A DNA stretch of 64,000 nucleotides from Eledone cirrhosa (GCA_964016885.1 OZ024741.1:315952001-316016000); one strand, 5' to 3'. Numbered from the stretch's first letter, positions 14,861-29,046 are shown. The notes: generated from the sequence alone by a model not told the origin. Translations and numbers: made by a program.

Positions 14861-16216
14861 ATATATATTTATACTCGATCACATGTAAAAGTCGACCCTA
14901 GTATGCTTAATTGTTGTATTTCTTTTCTTTTTTTTATTTATTTATTCTTTCTCTAGGACTACTGATATTTTCTTTGAAAGCAACGTTTTTGTATTGGCCC
15001 CTAAGGCACTACCGTGGGCCCCTGAAGGGCACACTTGCCATCAGGCAAACTGACGACCTGGCCAGTTCATGATATATATGTATGTGTGTGTGTGTACGTG
15101 TGTGTGTGTGTATGTTTCTGTGTGTGTGTGTGTGTTTCTCTGTGTGTGTGTGTGTGTGTGTGTTCCTCTATGTGTGTGTGGGTGTATGTATATATATATA
15201 CATACGCACAAAAACAAGATGGTGTAGGACAGAACAAAGGAGAGACACAAAATAAAAAAAACAGTCACTGAGGAGGTCACAGAATGTGTGACGAAAGTGC
15301 TTTGACAATATATACACAACGATCTGGTTATGGAACCAACTATTCATCCAGAAATTTATAATAAATTGAAATGACAATCAACAGGTACGTGTATTTTTAT
15401 TGCCAGCATGACCATCCCAAAATCTCACAATATATAGATGTATAAAGAGAGAGAGGGGGGGGAGAAAGAAAGCGAGATAGAAAGAGAGAGAGAGAGAGAG
15501 AGAGAGAGTGAGAGTGAGAGAGAGAGAGGGGGGATGGCACAGTAAAATCCCAACGGTGTGCCTTCTTCATTTTGGAGTCCATCTACTGTCACCACTACTA
15601 CAATGTCACCTGCACTAATAACAACAGGTCCACTTTGTCTAACCCTAAGGCTAAAGAAGCAATAATAACACTTCTTAGCACAACCAACATACTCAACACC
15701 TCCACCACCCTCAACAACATCACCAAGAATAACATTATTCAGAAAAACATAAATTGCCACTTCAAAATATCCATTGAAAGTGGCCACCATTACGATGGTT
15801 AGTGATGGTCACTCTTCAATAGAGATATATAATGGTCATCGCAGAAATAGTGGTGGTTATGTTGGTGATGGTGGTGATATTAGTGATGATGTTGGTGGCG
15901 GTGGTGGTAGTTGTGGTTGGTGCTGGTCGTGGTGGTGGTGGTGGTGGTCGTGGTGGTGGTGGTGGTTGGTGGGTGCTAATGATGTTGTGGAGGAGATAGA
16001 CGTGGTGGGGTATGTAAAACATGTGAACTGATTCTCTGCAACTCTCCTTTCAACAACATCATAATAATTATTACTGACGTCATCTATATTTTCTACCTCC
16101 CCCGCCCCTCCTCCTCTTGTTCACCATTATCATCATTATGACCACTGTAGCAACCACCATCCTCCTTATTGTCACTATTGCTGTTATCTAGACTGTCATT
16201 ATTAATATACTCTAAT

Positions 16217-16610
16217 GGCGGTGGATTGGCAGTATCGGTAGAGGGTCGGACGCCATGCTTTGACGCATAGAGTTACGGCCCTTGCCATTCTGAGTTCAAA
16301 TCCCGCCGAGGTTAACTTTGCCTTTCATCCTTACGGGGTCGATAAAATAAAGTACCAGGGATGCACTGGGTAATTGCTGGCCTTGTGCCAAAAGTAGAAA
16401 TAATTATTAATATACTCTAAGGGTAGTGGATTGGCAGTATCGGTAGAGGGTCGGACGCCATGCTTTGCAGTATAGAGTTACGGACCTTTACGTTCTGAGT
16501 TCAAATCCCACCGAGGTTAACTTTGCCTTTCATCCTTACGGGGTCGATAAAATAAAGTACCAGTAATGCACTGGGATAATTGCTGGCCTTGTGCCAAAAG
16601 TGGAAACATT
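16217..16610 (+). mobile_element. Two head-to-tail copies of the main SINE
   Basis: Two full ~190-bp units, each preceded by ttaatatactctaa. Confidence 0.9.
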
Positions 16611-17194
16611 TCTTAATATACTCATAATTATCACCGCCATCATCACCACCACCATTATCACCATATTCGCTGTCGTCTTTGATAACGATGACAACAACGA
16701 ACCAACGAAGTGACCTTCTACGTGGTCTTTCCCCATGCTAGAAATAGCAGCCATATTTTACCCTATTACACCATGCCATCTTAAAATTCAAAGGACACTT
16801 TAGGCAACGTAGTCATTGTTATATAGAAAAAAAAGTTGATTATGGCTTGAAAGCCTTTATCTATTTTTATACTAGATCAGGTTGAAACTGCGGCTAAATA
16901 ACATCAACAGGAAAAAGGAAGGAGAGGGCCCCCTTCGGCCATGATTGGCCATGGATTATTGCACTCAATGCTGACTAACCACAGGTTTCCTCACAGAAGC
17001 CTAGGTAAAGGATTTGTGAAAGACCAGCAGTCGTTCATGCATTCTGGTCTTCCCTTTCCATGTCATTGATGTCGAAGGAGAAGCAAAGACCGATGTAACT
17101 TGGCACCAGAGTCGTTGCAATTGGTTTGTGAGTGAGTGTGTGTGTGTGGGGGGGGGGGGGGGGTATGTGTGTAAAAAGGTAAAAAGGATTTAGA

Positions 17195-17468
17195 ACTGCC
17201 ATGAAGTCAAAGTGGTCCCGATTGTTATAGGCGCAAAAGGTACTATCTCAAAAAGTTTCCAGGGATGGTTAAAGAAAATTGGCCCCGCCCCGCTTTTTGG
17301 AACACTTCAAAATGCATGCTTGCTGGGAACAGCAAGAACCCTCCGATACGTCCTGAATATCTGAGGCTGCTGGTAGTGGCTTGATATTCATTTCAACAAA
17401 CTTTCCAGTTAACTAACATCAATGACTGAGACTCAAAGAACAATAATAATAATAATAATGATAATAAT
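17195..17468 (+). mobile_element. 3' end fragment of R4/Dong-type LINE with (TAA)n tail
   Basis: Translates EVKVVPIVIGAKGTISK...LQNACLLGTARTLRYVLNI*, short UTR, aataataat tail. Confidence 0.8.
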
Positions 17469-17555
17469 TGTTTCTACTTTTTGGCACAAGGCCAGCAATT
17501 ATCCCAGTGTATCACTGGTACTTTATTTTATCGATCCCGTAAGGATGAAAGGCAA
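17465..17555 (-). mobile_element. Partial main SINE (3' half)
   Basis: tgtttctactttttggcacaaggccagcaatt...aaggatgaaaggcaa. Confidence 0.8.
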
Positions 17556-20500
17556 TAGGGAAAATGAAACATGTGTCAGTGAAAACGAGGTAAATTGTAA
17601 CACTTCGAATCCCAGGGTTGGGGTGGAATCACTGACAACAGAACAAATTAAAGAAAGGATCGAAAAAGTGGAGGGAGTGCATGCTCAAGATGAAACTCAA
17701 AATGAAAACAATGAGATCGTAAATGATAAAGAAATGAATGAGAATGAACTTGCCAACTTGAAGGATGAAATTATGATCGAATGGATGAAAATGAAAGAAT
17801 CTGACATGGGGGAACGAGACACCCTCCCTAAGATCCAGAACTCCAAACAGAACCAAAAGGTAATACACAAGACTAACATAATTCTCATAAATATTATCAT
17901 CACAAACAAACCAAACATTACTGATTTAAATCATCTCTATTATGCATCGGCTAAAGTCACCACTCACTTACGTGGAGTGAAAATGAAAAAACAAAGTAAT
18001 TCCCACAAGAAATCTACTTGGCAAGAGAACATCAATCGCCAAATAAACATTCTCCGATCTGACATAGAAATGTTAACAAACTGCAAAGTAGGTGAACATG
18101 TTAAACAAACTAAACTTAGAAAATTGAAAAGAAAATACAGTATAAAATCAACAAGTGACATAGACATGCTGATAGAAATAATCAAGCAAAAAGTGTCGGC
18201 CAAATCTGCTCGTATAAGGCGCTTTGAAAAACGATCTAGATTCTATAAGGACAATATGTTTAAAAACAACCAAAGAAACTTCTACAGAAAAATTGGTAAG
18301 TCAACAATAATTGCTAAATCAATGGAAGGAGGAAGTGTAAGAATTCTGGGAAAAGATCTGGGCCGAAGAAAAAGTTCATAATATACATGCCCCATGGATA
18401 GACCGACAAATGAAAGATACAGCTCACCTTGAGGAACAAATATGGGAAAATATAACAGTTGAACAGTTGCGTTTGGCTCTTAGAAAAACCAGCAAATGGA
18501 AATCCCCAGGAAAAGACAAAATACCAAATTTTGGGATAAATGCCTTCACAGAGTCTCATGAGCTGTTAGCCCAACTTTACAATGAAATAGTTAAGGAGCC
18601 AGAAAAGATACCATCATGGCTAGTTAACGGCAGTACATTCCTGCTTCCGAAGAATGATGAGACACACAATCCCAAAAATTACAGACCGATAACTTGCTTG
18701 ACCACAATGTATAAAAATTTAACATCAGTCCTAACTGAATATACATATGACCACCTGATAACAAATGATCTATTTCCCAATGAGCAGAAAAGGTGTAAAC
18801 GAGGCTCATATGGCCGTAAGGATCAGCTTTTGGTTGACAAAATGATACTGAAAGATTGTCATAATAGACACAAAAATCTATCAATTGCTTGGATAGATTA
18901 TAAAAAAGCATTCGATAGTTTGCCACACAGTTGGATTGAAAAATATTTAGAGATTTTCAAAATATCTCCCGTTGTCAGGAGGTTCCTGTCATCCAGACAT
19001 GGAAAACGACACACCTTTTGAATAGTGAAAAAAAATCACTGGAAGCTGGAGAAGTTAATATTGATTGTGGAATTTTTCAGGGTGACTTTTATCACCGCTT
19101 TTATTCTGCATCGCATTTATACCATTAAGTAAAATGTTCAATGAAACAAAACATGGATATAAAGTCTGACAAAACCATTAATCACTGGTTCTACATGGAT
19201 GACCTGAAACTATTTGCAAAAAATGATGAACAATTGCAAGGGCTATTATCCACTGTGGAGTAGTTCAGTGATGACATTAAAATGGAGATTGGACTAGATA
19301 AATGCACCAAAGCAACGTTCACCAGAGGAAAGTTGCTGAAAAGTTCAGACATTAATCTTGATCGGAGGAATGTGATAAAAGAACTTGATCAAGAGGAAAC
19401 TTACAAATATCTAGGTGTTCGTGAAGGAGACGGAATCAAGCACTCGACAATGAGGGAAAGGATAAGGAAGGAATGTTACCGCAGAGTAAGAGCAATCTTA
19501 AGAACGGAATTGAATGCAAGGAATAGGATCGATGCCATAAACACGCTTGCCATACCAGTAGTAACCTACAGTTACAATGTCATCAACTGGTCAAGCACAG
19601 AGATCCGTAGGCTCGATACAAAAATTACAAAATTCTTAACCATGCACAGAATGCATCACCCTAAGGCAGATACAGATAGAATATATCTCCCTGGGAAAGA
19701 AGGAGGACGTGGGTTAATCCAGTTAGACATTGCGTTGAAAACTGCAACAATTGGATTATCTACATATCTAAGGGAATCACATGGTTGGATGATCAAACTC
19801 GTTTTGAAACACGAAAGCATAAAAAGATCATACTCCATTACAAAAGATGCACAAAGATACAGTAATGGACTACAAATTTCAGAAGTCCCATTTACTGCTG
19901 AAATGGAAAACACAGAAAAAGCAAAGCAGGTAAAAGTAACTGCAAAGAAAGAACTGCTACAGAAACTGGCTAAGAAATGGCAAGAAAAGCCTCTGTATGG
20001 AAAATACCCAGAAAGAGCTAACAATCCTGATGTTGACAAAACTTTAACCCATCTGTGGTTGGCATCCTCTGGACTGAAATCGGAGACTGAAGGACTGATT
20101 ATATCCGCACACGATCAGTGTCTGCCATCAAAAAATTACCAAGCCAACATAATAAAAATGGATGCAACCCATTATGCCGTGTATGTAAAAAAACAACCAG
20201 AGACCATTGATCATATAATTTCAATGTGCAGTCCTAAACAGGCATGACAGAGTTGCACATTATATACATTGGATAATGTGTAAGCATTTTGACTTGCCCC
20301 ATCAAAAGAATTGGTGGGAGCATCAACCACCTCCCATACTTGAAAAAGATCACATCTCAATCTTGTGGAACTTTAGCATCCAAACAGACCGAAAAATAGA
20401 TGCAAATAGACCTGATATAATACCGAAGGACTTTAAAAAGAGGGTATGCCTGCTAATTGATATGTCCTTTCCAATAGACAAGAATGTATCTATAAAAACA

Positions 20501-20745
20501 TTTGAAAAATTGAGCAAGTATAAGGACCTGGAGATAGAAATTGGAAAAAGGTGGAAATTGAGAACTAAAACAATACCAGTGGTTGTAGGCGCTCTAGGAA
20601 TGATACCTAAGTGGTCTAATGCTTACTTATCGCAAATCCCAGGAAACCCGCGTATAAGCGAAATACAAAAGATAGTACTAATGAGAACTGCCCATATACT
20701 AAGGAAGATTCTGTCAATATAAGTACATCACAAGTCTAACCACCT
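17556..20745 (+). mobile_element. R4/Dong-clade non-LTR retrotransposon (RT plus restriction-like endonuclease), frameshifted
   Basis: WKSPGKD, YRPITCL, WIDYKKAFDS.PH, YMDDLKLF, YKYLG, GGRGL, RPDII...IDMS...K.SKYKDLEIE. Confidence 0.92.
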
Positions 20746-20844
20746 AAAGATGCATGAGTGTGTATGTATGTTCTTTCTTGAACATGTGTGTATGTATGTT
20801 CTTTCACACATGTGTGTATGTATGTTCTTCCAATCTTGTCCACC

Positions 20845-23495
20845 TCACAATCTCTTTCGCCATGGCCACCAGGCAGAGGAAAACTGTCTGCCCTTCCTCG
20901 TCTTTAATGGAGGATGGCGGGGCACAATGGACTCAGTCGATAACCAGATCCGTCCTACATGCGACAGCAGCTGTTCAACATAGCTCCACAAGTCAGCAAT
21001 CCTTGGGCACTGAACGAGTGCCTGCAGCACGGTTTCGTCGCCCTGCGCGCATCTCGGACAAGCTCGGCTGACAGCACCCCCGTTCCTGTAGAGCTTATCC
21101 CGAACCGGCAACGCTCCCCGGTAGCACTGCCAGGTCAGGGACTTCTCAAAGTTGTCCATAGGCCCCGGTCTGAAAGTTCTCTTGAAGAGAGCGAACAGCT
21201 GGTCGTCTCGATGCCCAGGGTCTCCGCGAGAACGTCGTCGCTCTTTCCCTCCACTAGCCCTCTATAGAACGCCGAGGTGAATGTTCCACCGATCCACCGA
21301 TCAACGAAGCACCAGAGATGTCGCAGCCTGAGCGCATGTTTGCGCATCATCAGCCATGGCATGCCTAGTCCTCCACGCAACGGGTGTTGACAACAAATTG
21401 ATCGTCTGACCATGGGAGCACGTCCCTTCCACAAAAAGCGGAAGAGAAGACGCTCCATTTTGTTCAGAGTTGGGCGGGAGAAAGGTACGACGGTCAGGCG
21501 GTAGCAGATGACGGACGCTATTTACGCATTTGCCACCTCCGCCCGACCTTTTAGAGACAGCCTCCTCTCGGCCCATTTCTGCGTTGGAGAGGTCACCCTG
21601 CTTGTTACCTCGCTCCAGGTTTTCTCCATCTGGAGGTCCGGACCGAACCAGACCCCTAGCAATTTAAACCAGTCCTTCCATCCAGTGCCCCACGACGCTG
21701 TCGAACGGCATGGACTTGCATCTCCAGGTGACGAGCTGTAAGCCCACCAACTTTTCCTGGTTTAACGTTGCTCCTGTCACTGCTTCATATTCTTTGAGAG
21801 CGGTGCCGAGCATCTGGACATGTCTGGTGCTTGACACCAGCACGGTGACGTCGTCGGGGTAAGCCGATACGGATATCTCACATCCCAGTTCGCGTGGGAC
21901 GTCTCTCATCACCTCCAATTTGTGCAGTATCGGCTCTAGGGGCAATACGTAAAAGAGTGACGAGAGGGGATAACCATGACGGACCGAGCGCATGATGCTG
22001 AACGGCTGTGGCAGATGACCGTTTACCTTCACAACTGAGCAGATGTCGCTGTGCATCGCAGCGATCCAACCCTGAAAATGGGCTCGAAACCAGCCGCCTC
22101 AAGGACCGCCGCCAGGTACCGATGGTCGACTCTATCAAATGCCTTAGATTGATCTAAGTTGATCAGGGCCCCACCCGTTCTAGGTTCCTTAACCACCCGC
22201 TCTATGATGTATCGGATGAGGTGGAGGTTGTCGTGGCCATCCAAGACAACCTCCACCTCATCCGATACTGTCTGGAATGGTGCATGTCTGCGCCTCTCCT
22301 GCCAGATTACCGACGACAAGCGCTAATCTCGTTGCTAACACCTTGGCCAAAATCTTCAAATCTGTGTTTAACAGAGTTATGGGCCTGGAGTTGTCTATAA
22401 CGTTCCCTTTGTTCGGGTCTTTTCTCAACAGCGCCACCGCTCCCCGGCTCACAAAACTGGGAATGCTCCCGTTCTGCTGCCAGTTGCAGCAGACGTCTTC
22501 CAAGAGGTCGTCGAACAAGTCTGGCATGTACGCATAAAGCTCGTAGGGTAGACCATCCAAACCTAGCGATTTACCCCTCGGGCAGTCAGACATCGCTTCC
22601 CGTATTTCACCTGCTGTTATCGGCTTTTCGCAATACTGCTCTGCGGTCGTCGACAGCTGCGTCAGTCCCTCAGGGTATGCACTGAAGTTCATACTCCGAT
22701 CTGGCCCGCCGGCGCTCCCAAACAGTTGAGCAAAGTGCTGCTGAAAAGCCTGACACATCTGCTCGGGTTCGAGCAACATGTGGTGGTTTGGATCAGGCAA
22801 AATTGAATTGTGGCTTTATTGCCACGTCGCGCCTCCATCACCCGTGCCCATTGGACAGCTTTTGTCCCCTCCAGAGCACGCGCTCTAGCCTTCGTGCTTT
22901 GCATTGAAGAATTGGTCGAGTGCCAATCTTGCCGCAAGCACGTCGGTTGCGATGCCTGTCCTAAACGCCTCTTCTAGCTTTCTAACTAGCTCTCCTTCTA
23001 CTCTATTTTCCTCTATCTTTCCTTCTTTTCTAAACCTTATTGATTCTACTCTAATTGCCCTTTTCAGGGTAAACCACCACCTGTTATTGACGATCGCACC
23101 CTTCAACGCACGCTTAACTAATTCGCTAATCCGGTCTCTATGCAAAGACGCATTCAGCTTCCAGTAACCAGGTCCTTGCCTATGAAGTCTATCTAAGTCG
23201 ACTTCACAGATCACAAATTTGTGGTCCGAGTAGCCGACTACTTTAAATTGTGAACAACCTAGGCTAGCCTTATCTGTTTCCCTACACAATACCCTATCTA
23301 GATACGATCTGGATGACCCGATGCGGTTTTCCCATGTCCACATTGGCACATTCGGATAATCCAGTCGATACTTGTCAGACAGTTGAAAACGTCTGAGCAA
23401 GTTGGTGAGGCTTTTACCTCCTCCTCCCTTATTTACTAGCCCCAACATAATCCCAGCGTGCATCTAAGATACCGTTCCAATCACCCACTAACACT
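20845..23495 (-). mobile_element. Tx1/L1-clade LINE ORF2 fragment, decayed
   Basis: SDHKFV, PGYWKLN, GLDGLPYE, LDQSKAFDRVDH, AYPDDVT, CPRC..GDETV; same family as 36371-39789. Confidence 0.92.
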
Positions 23496-23513
23496 AATAA
23501 TAATGATAATATT

Positions 23514-23702
23514 TTTTTCTACTTTTGGCACAAGGCCAGCAATTATTCCAGTGTATTACTGGTACTTTATTTTACTGACCAAGTAAGGATGAAGGGCAAA
23601 GTTAACCTCGGCGAGATTTTAACTCAGACCATAAAGGGTCGTAACTCTTTGCTGCAAAGCATGGCGTCAGACCCTCTACCGATACTGCCAATCCACCGCC
23701 CT
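23514..23702 (-). mobile_element. Main SINE copy
   Basis: Full-length reverse complement with (TAA)n tail. Confidence 0.9.
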
Positions 23703-23717
23703 TGATAATAATAATAA

Positions 23718-23880
23718 TAATAACTTTATTGGCCACTAGTGCTTACATATAGGGGACAATACAAACAGACAGAGTGAGTGGAAGTTTACAATAACATTGA
23801 GTAAAAAAAAAAACAAATTAACAAGAAACAATTAACAATAAAATAATAACAATAAAACTTCCCATAATAATAACAATAAT
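23718..23880 (-). mobile_element. Probable Tx1 3' UTR fragment
   Basis: Minus strand ...ttgtcccc...gtggccaataaag then (TTA)n, similar to 3' end at 39960-40032. Confidence 0.5.
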
Positions 23881-23888
23881 AGTTATAA

Positions 23889-24075
23889 TAATTGTTTCTA
23901 CTTTTGGCACAAGGCCAGCAATTATCCCAGTGTATTACTGGTACTTTATTTTATCGACCCCGTAATGATGAAAGGCAAAGTCAGCCTCGGCGGGATTTGA
24001 ACTCAGATCGTAAAGGGACGTAACTATGCTGGGAAGCATGGCGTCCGACCCTCTACCGATACTACCAATCCACCG
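23889..24075 (-). mobile_element. Main SINE copy
   Basis: Full-length reverse complement. Confidence 0.9.
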
Positions 24076-24566
24076 TTAAAATCATATCTGTGGTTTTTAT
24101 TTGTTTATTCATGTATTTTCTTGGAATTTGAAGTGTTTTTCAATACTTTTCATAGTGCCTCATTCAGTGTTGAAGCAGCGAAGAGAATGGTTGTTGGATC
24201 AATCCCAACATTATTACTTCCCACTAACTCCTCTCCACCCCCTCTCTCTCACTCTCTCTCTCTCACTCTCTCCCTTTCTCTCTGTGTGTTATGTAACATA
24301 CGTCAGCATTTACAATTATAAATAGATTTGCTCTAATTCTTGCTTAAAATCTATCTTCTTTGTGCGAAGAGAGGGATAGAAAGAGAGAGAAAGAGAGAGA
24401 GGGGGGAGAGAATAGGAGATAGTAGGAGAGAGAGAAAGGAAAAGAAAACGAGTGAGAGAAGGAGAGAGAGAGAAAAAAAGAGAAAGAAATAGAGAGGGCT
24501 GTTTTCTGGATCAGCATTAGAGATTAGAAAAGTGATACAGGATATTCCTGTCGATATTATATGTTA

Positions 24567-25472
24567 TACTAGCAGAATGGCCCGGCGTTGCTCGGGTTTC
24601 TAAACATAGATTGGCATGTTTATCCCTCCTTTCTGAAACAGTACAGAGAAGTACGGAATATGCTCGGCCTGGGGATGGTGTCTACATGTTGTGCTTAGGC
24701 AAATAATTTTCCATTAAGATTTTTCCAAAGCATGTAATTGCGTTCCCTCTCTTTGTTGTTGTTGTTTTTGCTGCTGTTGGTCGTACTACTAAAACAGTCT
24801 CGTCCTTCTTCAGCTAATCGTGTATATCCCCTTCTGCCTCGTCTACCTAAACAATGATTGTAGCACCTCCTTCTACACAATGTTCCATGTTCTTCCGTGT
24901 CGGGCATATGAAAAGAGATTTGTCTTGCTTCCCACTCTTGAGCAGCCAACGTATAGTTGCCTGTGTGAAAAACATGACTCTTCCAAAAGAAGACCAGCAA
25001 CAGCTAGGGTCTGACGCTGGGATTTGTTGATAGACATTGCAAAGCTGACACGGTTCAGCGAATGGTTCGTTGGTTGTCTGTTTCAAGTGCTCTTCTGGTG
25101 GCAGTACGTTCAGCAACTTGCGACCGTCGAATAGCAGATTCCACTGACGATTCGTTTGCCCGCCTTGTTCTTTTTCTTTCCGCTTTCGCAGTATTTCTAC
25201 CAATGGAGTATCTCTTCCTTCGAGGCATGACCTAAAAGCAGGACGAAGTACACTAAGACTAACTGGTAGAGTAAGGAGTAAACTTGTCAGGGATGCATGT
25301 GATTTCTGAACCGTTGACTATGTAATTGCTGGCCTTGTGCCAAAAGTAGTGGGTCTTTTTGGGTGGCATATCGGCAGTAACAATGACGACAAGCCGCCTA
25401 TGCTTTCGTGAAATAAATACGTTTGTTTTTATTTTGTTTTTGTGTATTCAAAAACCTCTGTACACAAATATA

Positions 25473-25535
<63 letters not shown>

Positions 25536-26125
25536 TATATTAAAATAACACATTAAAGTTTAAGCAAAAAATCGCTGCTTTCACCCTTAACGGGATCTTC
25601 TGAAACTAAAAAAACCCTTCTGTGAACGCAGAAGTAAATATTTTGAAAAACGTTGCAACCGACGGAAAACAGGAAGACGATACTTTGGTTCGTGAAGACG
25701 TTCCTTGGCAATGAACGGAAAATACCGAAGATAATACGTCAGCAATGAGAACAATATTTGTCATAATGTCGTAATGCTGACAGGCAGATATGGCAGTATC
25801 AGTAGAGGGTCAGACGCCATGCTTTCCAGCATAGTTACGTCCCTTTACGATCTGAGTTCAAATCCTGCCGAGGTTGACTTTGCCTTTCATCCTTACGGGG
25901 TCGATAAAATAAAGTACCAGTAATGCGCTGGGTAATTGCTGGCCTTGTGCCTAAAGTAGAAACAATTATAAGGGCGCGACGTTATAGCTAGGAATATATA
26001 ACCGCTAGGAATATATAAATGCAAGTTTGAAGTCAATCGGAGTAGAAATGTGGATTTGTATAGACTTTGCAAAAATTTAGGACACACACACACTGACAAT
26101 TTCAGTTTTATATATATGTATAGAT
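24567..26125 (+). mobile_element. Non-autonomous Helitron/Helentron (DINE-1-like) element containing a SINE
   Basis: 5' end tactagca...cccggcgttgctcggg hairpin; 3' part aagtttgaagtcaatcgg...(CA)n...cagttttatatata; second copy of the 3' half at 29640-30105. Confidence 0.6.
25790..25969 (+). mobile_element. Main SINE inserted into the Helentron-like element
   Basis: Absent from the homologous position (agata|ttataag) of the copy at ~29900. Confidence 0.85.
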
Positions 26126-26713
26126 TCAGGCTGAACGTTGTGTTAAACCTAGTAATTTATTGTTAGCTTTTTAAGTGAAGGCATGTACTTTAGTGGTTAT
26201 TGGTTCGGCTCACGATCCTGAAGTCGTGAGTTTGGTTCTCGGCGGTACCCAAAACACATTTTTACATTGCTCCAGTCAACTCAGCTGGCAAAAATGAGTT
26301 GTACTTGTAATTCAAAGAGCCATCCTTGTCACACACTGTGGTATGCTGAATCTCTCTGAGAACTACATTAAAAGTATATGTGTCGGTGGAATACTCAGTC
26401 ACTAATGTTAGTTACAAGTGGTTCACCTGTCTGAGCATTCGATGCTGTTACAGTGGTCTAGTTACTGTAGTGGATTTAACATTCGTGTTGTAACATATAG
26501 GGTAGAGTGTTAATAATAAACATTTGGATGTGAGTCTTTACACATAAAGACTTCCATATCTGTTGAGCTATCGATTGGAATCGGGTCCGATCATGATCGA
26601 TCGTACCTTGAGCTGATCGATAATGAAACATGTTGTGTGATTAAAATGTCAATAAGATGCAATCTTCATACTTTGTTACACTTACACACGCGCACACATA
26701 CACACACACATAC

Positions 26714-26745
<32 letters not shown>

Positions 26746-27317
26746 GAGTGTGTGTATGTATGCATGTGTTATGTGTGTGTAAATACAAGCACACATTTCT
26801 CACAAATACCCACATATAAACGAACACTCCTATATGTACTTATACATAAATATATATATTTATATATACAGTGACACACTCAAATGGGTATATACAAGCT
26901 TTCATTACAAGCGATATTCCGATACGACATTTTTATTCATTTTATTAATATAAATATGCTCCTTAATTCTATTTGGATGAGCTTCTTATTGTTGAATGGT
27001 TTGGGGCTGCTTTTTCTAGCTATATGCATACTTATTCACGTCACGTAGTCAAAACTGAAGCGCGGTGTTATTTCTTAACTCCATGTGCGTGTTGGCCAGT
27101 CCTTATATTTGGTTAGAGGTATGAGTTCATATGGTTTAAGATCTCTCTCGCTGATGGCACTAGCTTACCATTTGAACTTCCCCATTCGAAGGTGAAACAT
27201 AGTTCTATAGCTCTTAAGTAATTATGTATGAGAGAGTAAAATAATTATTTGGTGTTTGGTATGTACCGTTTGATATATTCTTACATTTTTTGCGAAATAT
27301 CTCCCATGTAGTGTTTG

Positions 27318-27462
27318 AATGCAACTGGAGTCTTTTTAAAAATATTTATTCATGCGAGAAAAACCACAAACCCTCCATCTCAATTCTACTTTTGAAAAGC
27401 ATAAATACTGTGAAGCAGGTAAAGGAAACAAATTAATATTCTTAAAAAGACTCCAGTTGCAT
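27318..27462. repeat. Short inverted repeat pair
   Basis: aatgcaactggagtctttttaa...ttaaaaagactccagttgcatt. Confidence 0.75.
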
Positions 27463-27575
27463 TTTCCATTTTATCTTTTTTCCTTATACATTCACTCGCG
27501 TAGGACATTTCGTTTTTTTTTTCATTAAAAAAAACCCTTATTTATATCCCTTCTATATATTGTACCGAAATATAT

Positions 27576-27622
<47 letters not shown>

Positions 27623-27631
27623 CATACATAT

Positions 27632-28445
27632 ATATATGAATAAAGTTAGTCCTTCATCAGTGATCTTCCAACCATCATTGGTATTTCATCGCTTTAAAGA
27701 CCATATACCTACGGTTGGTGCGAGCAACGGCTAAAAAAAGTCGTTGGGACACGTAAATAAAGGGGACACGAGTGTAAACAAACAAAAATGGTGAAGCAAC
27801 GAAAAGTGAGGAAGAAGGAGTCAAGTCCCAAATTTCTATGAATTTAAATTCGGTGAAATCGTGAACGAGAGAGAATAAAGACCATCAAACCTGATTGAAA
27901 TGTGAGCAAGGAAGGAATTTCGCACAGGTCTAACGGGAGGAAGAAGGGGTCTAGTCTGTGAATTCGGTAAACATAAGTTCTGTGAAATCGTAGACGAGAG
28001 AGAGAAAAAAAATGCCGACCGGCCTGGCCAAGCCTGCGAAAGAAAAGAATTACGCACAGGTCAAACGGGAAGAAGGAGGAGGAGGAGAGGTAGTAACAGA
28101 GAATGAGTGAGTGAAGGGTGAGGAAGAGGCTAACAGAGAGAGTGACTGCTAGAGAGGGTAAAGATACAGAGAAAGAGGAAGCAGTAAGAACGAAATAGAC
28201 GGGTAACAGCAGGGGAAAAAATACTTCTTCCTCATTTTTCGTTGCTTCACCATTTTTGTTTGTTTACACTCGTGTCCCCTTTATTTACGTGTCCCAACGA
28301 CTTTTTTTAGCCGTTGCTCGCACCAACCGGAGGTATATGATCTTTAAAGCGATGAAATACCAATGATGGTTGGAAGATCACTGATGAAGGACTAACTTTA
28401 TTCATATGTAACCCATTAGCAACACCGCAGCACGTTTATTCTCAT
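27632..28445. mobile_element. Non-coding repeat family X, tail-out inverted arrangement
   Basis: 27632-27810 is the reverse complement of ~28226-28407; right arm has ~38 extra nt; inserted in (TA)n. Confidence 0.85.
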
Positions 28446-28466
28446 ATATATATATATATATATATT

Positions 28467-28560
<94 letters not shown>

Positions 28561-28617
28561 CTGCTAAGAGTATATATATATATATATATAAGAGTATATA
28601 TATATATATATATAAGA

Positions 28618-28652
<35 letters not shown>

Positions 28653-28755
28653 GAAAAATTTGAACAGGGACAGAACAGAGAGGCAGTACAATAAATGTTT
28701 ATTAAATTCACGCTCAGGAGAGTGGGGGGTAGGTGGGGGACGATATATATATATA

Positions 28756-28900
28756 AATAAAAATAGACCGAGAAAAGTCCGTCATCAGTAGTCTGCTGAT
28801 TCTCATTGGTATTTCTTCGCATTAAAGACGAACTTTTCTCGGTCTATTTTTATTCATATGTTCATATTCGCAACAACGCAGCACGCCATTTTTCATTCAT
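28756..28900. repeat. Diverged relative of family X with short inverted repeat
   Basis: aataaaaatagaccgagaaaagt / acttttctcggtctatttttatt; shares tcattggtatttc.tcgc.ttaaagac and gcaac..cgcagcacg. Confidence 0.6.
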
Positions 28901-28924
28901 ATGTATATATATATATATACATAT

Positions 28925-29046
<122 letters not shown>

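Noticed and set aside
15540-16200. Thr/Gly/Trp-rich ORFs (also 51953-52402)
   Set aside because: Degenerate (CAC/GGT)n low-complexity sequence
16217-16310. tRNA gene
   Set aside because: A/B boxes belong to the SINE head; no complete cloverleaf
17422-17555. N-terminus of the 319-aa ORF
   Set aside because: Read-through of a (TAA)n tail and antisense SINE fused to the LINE frame
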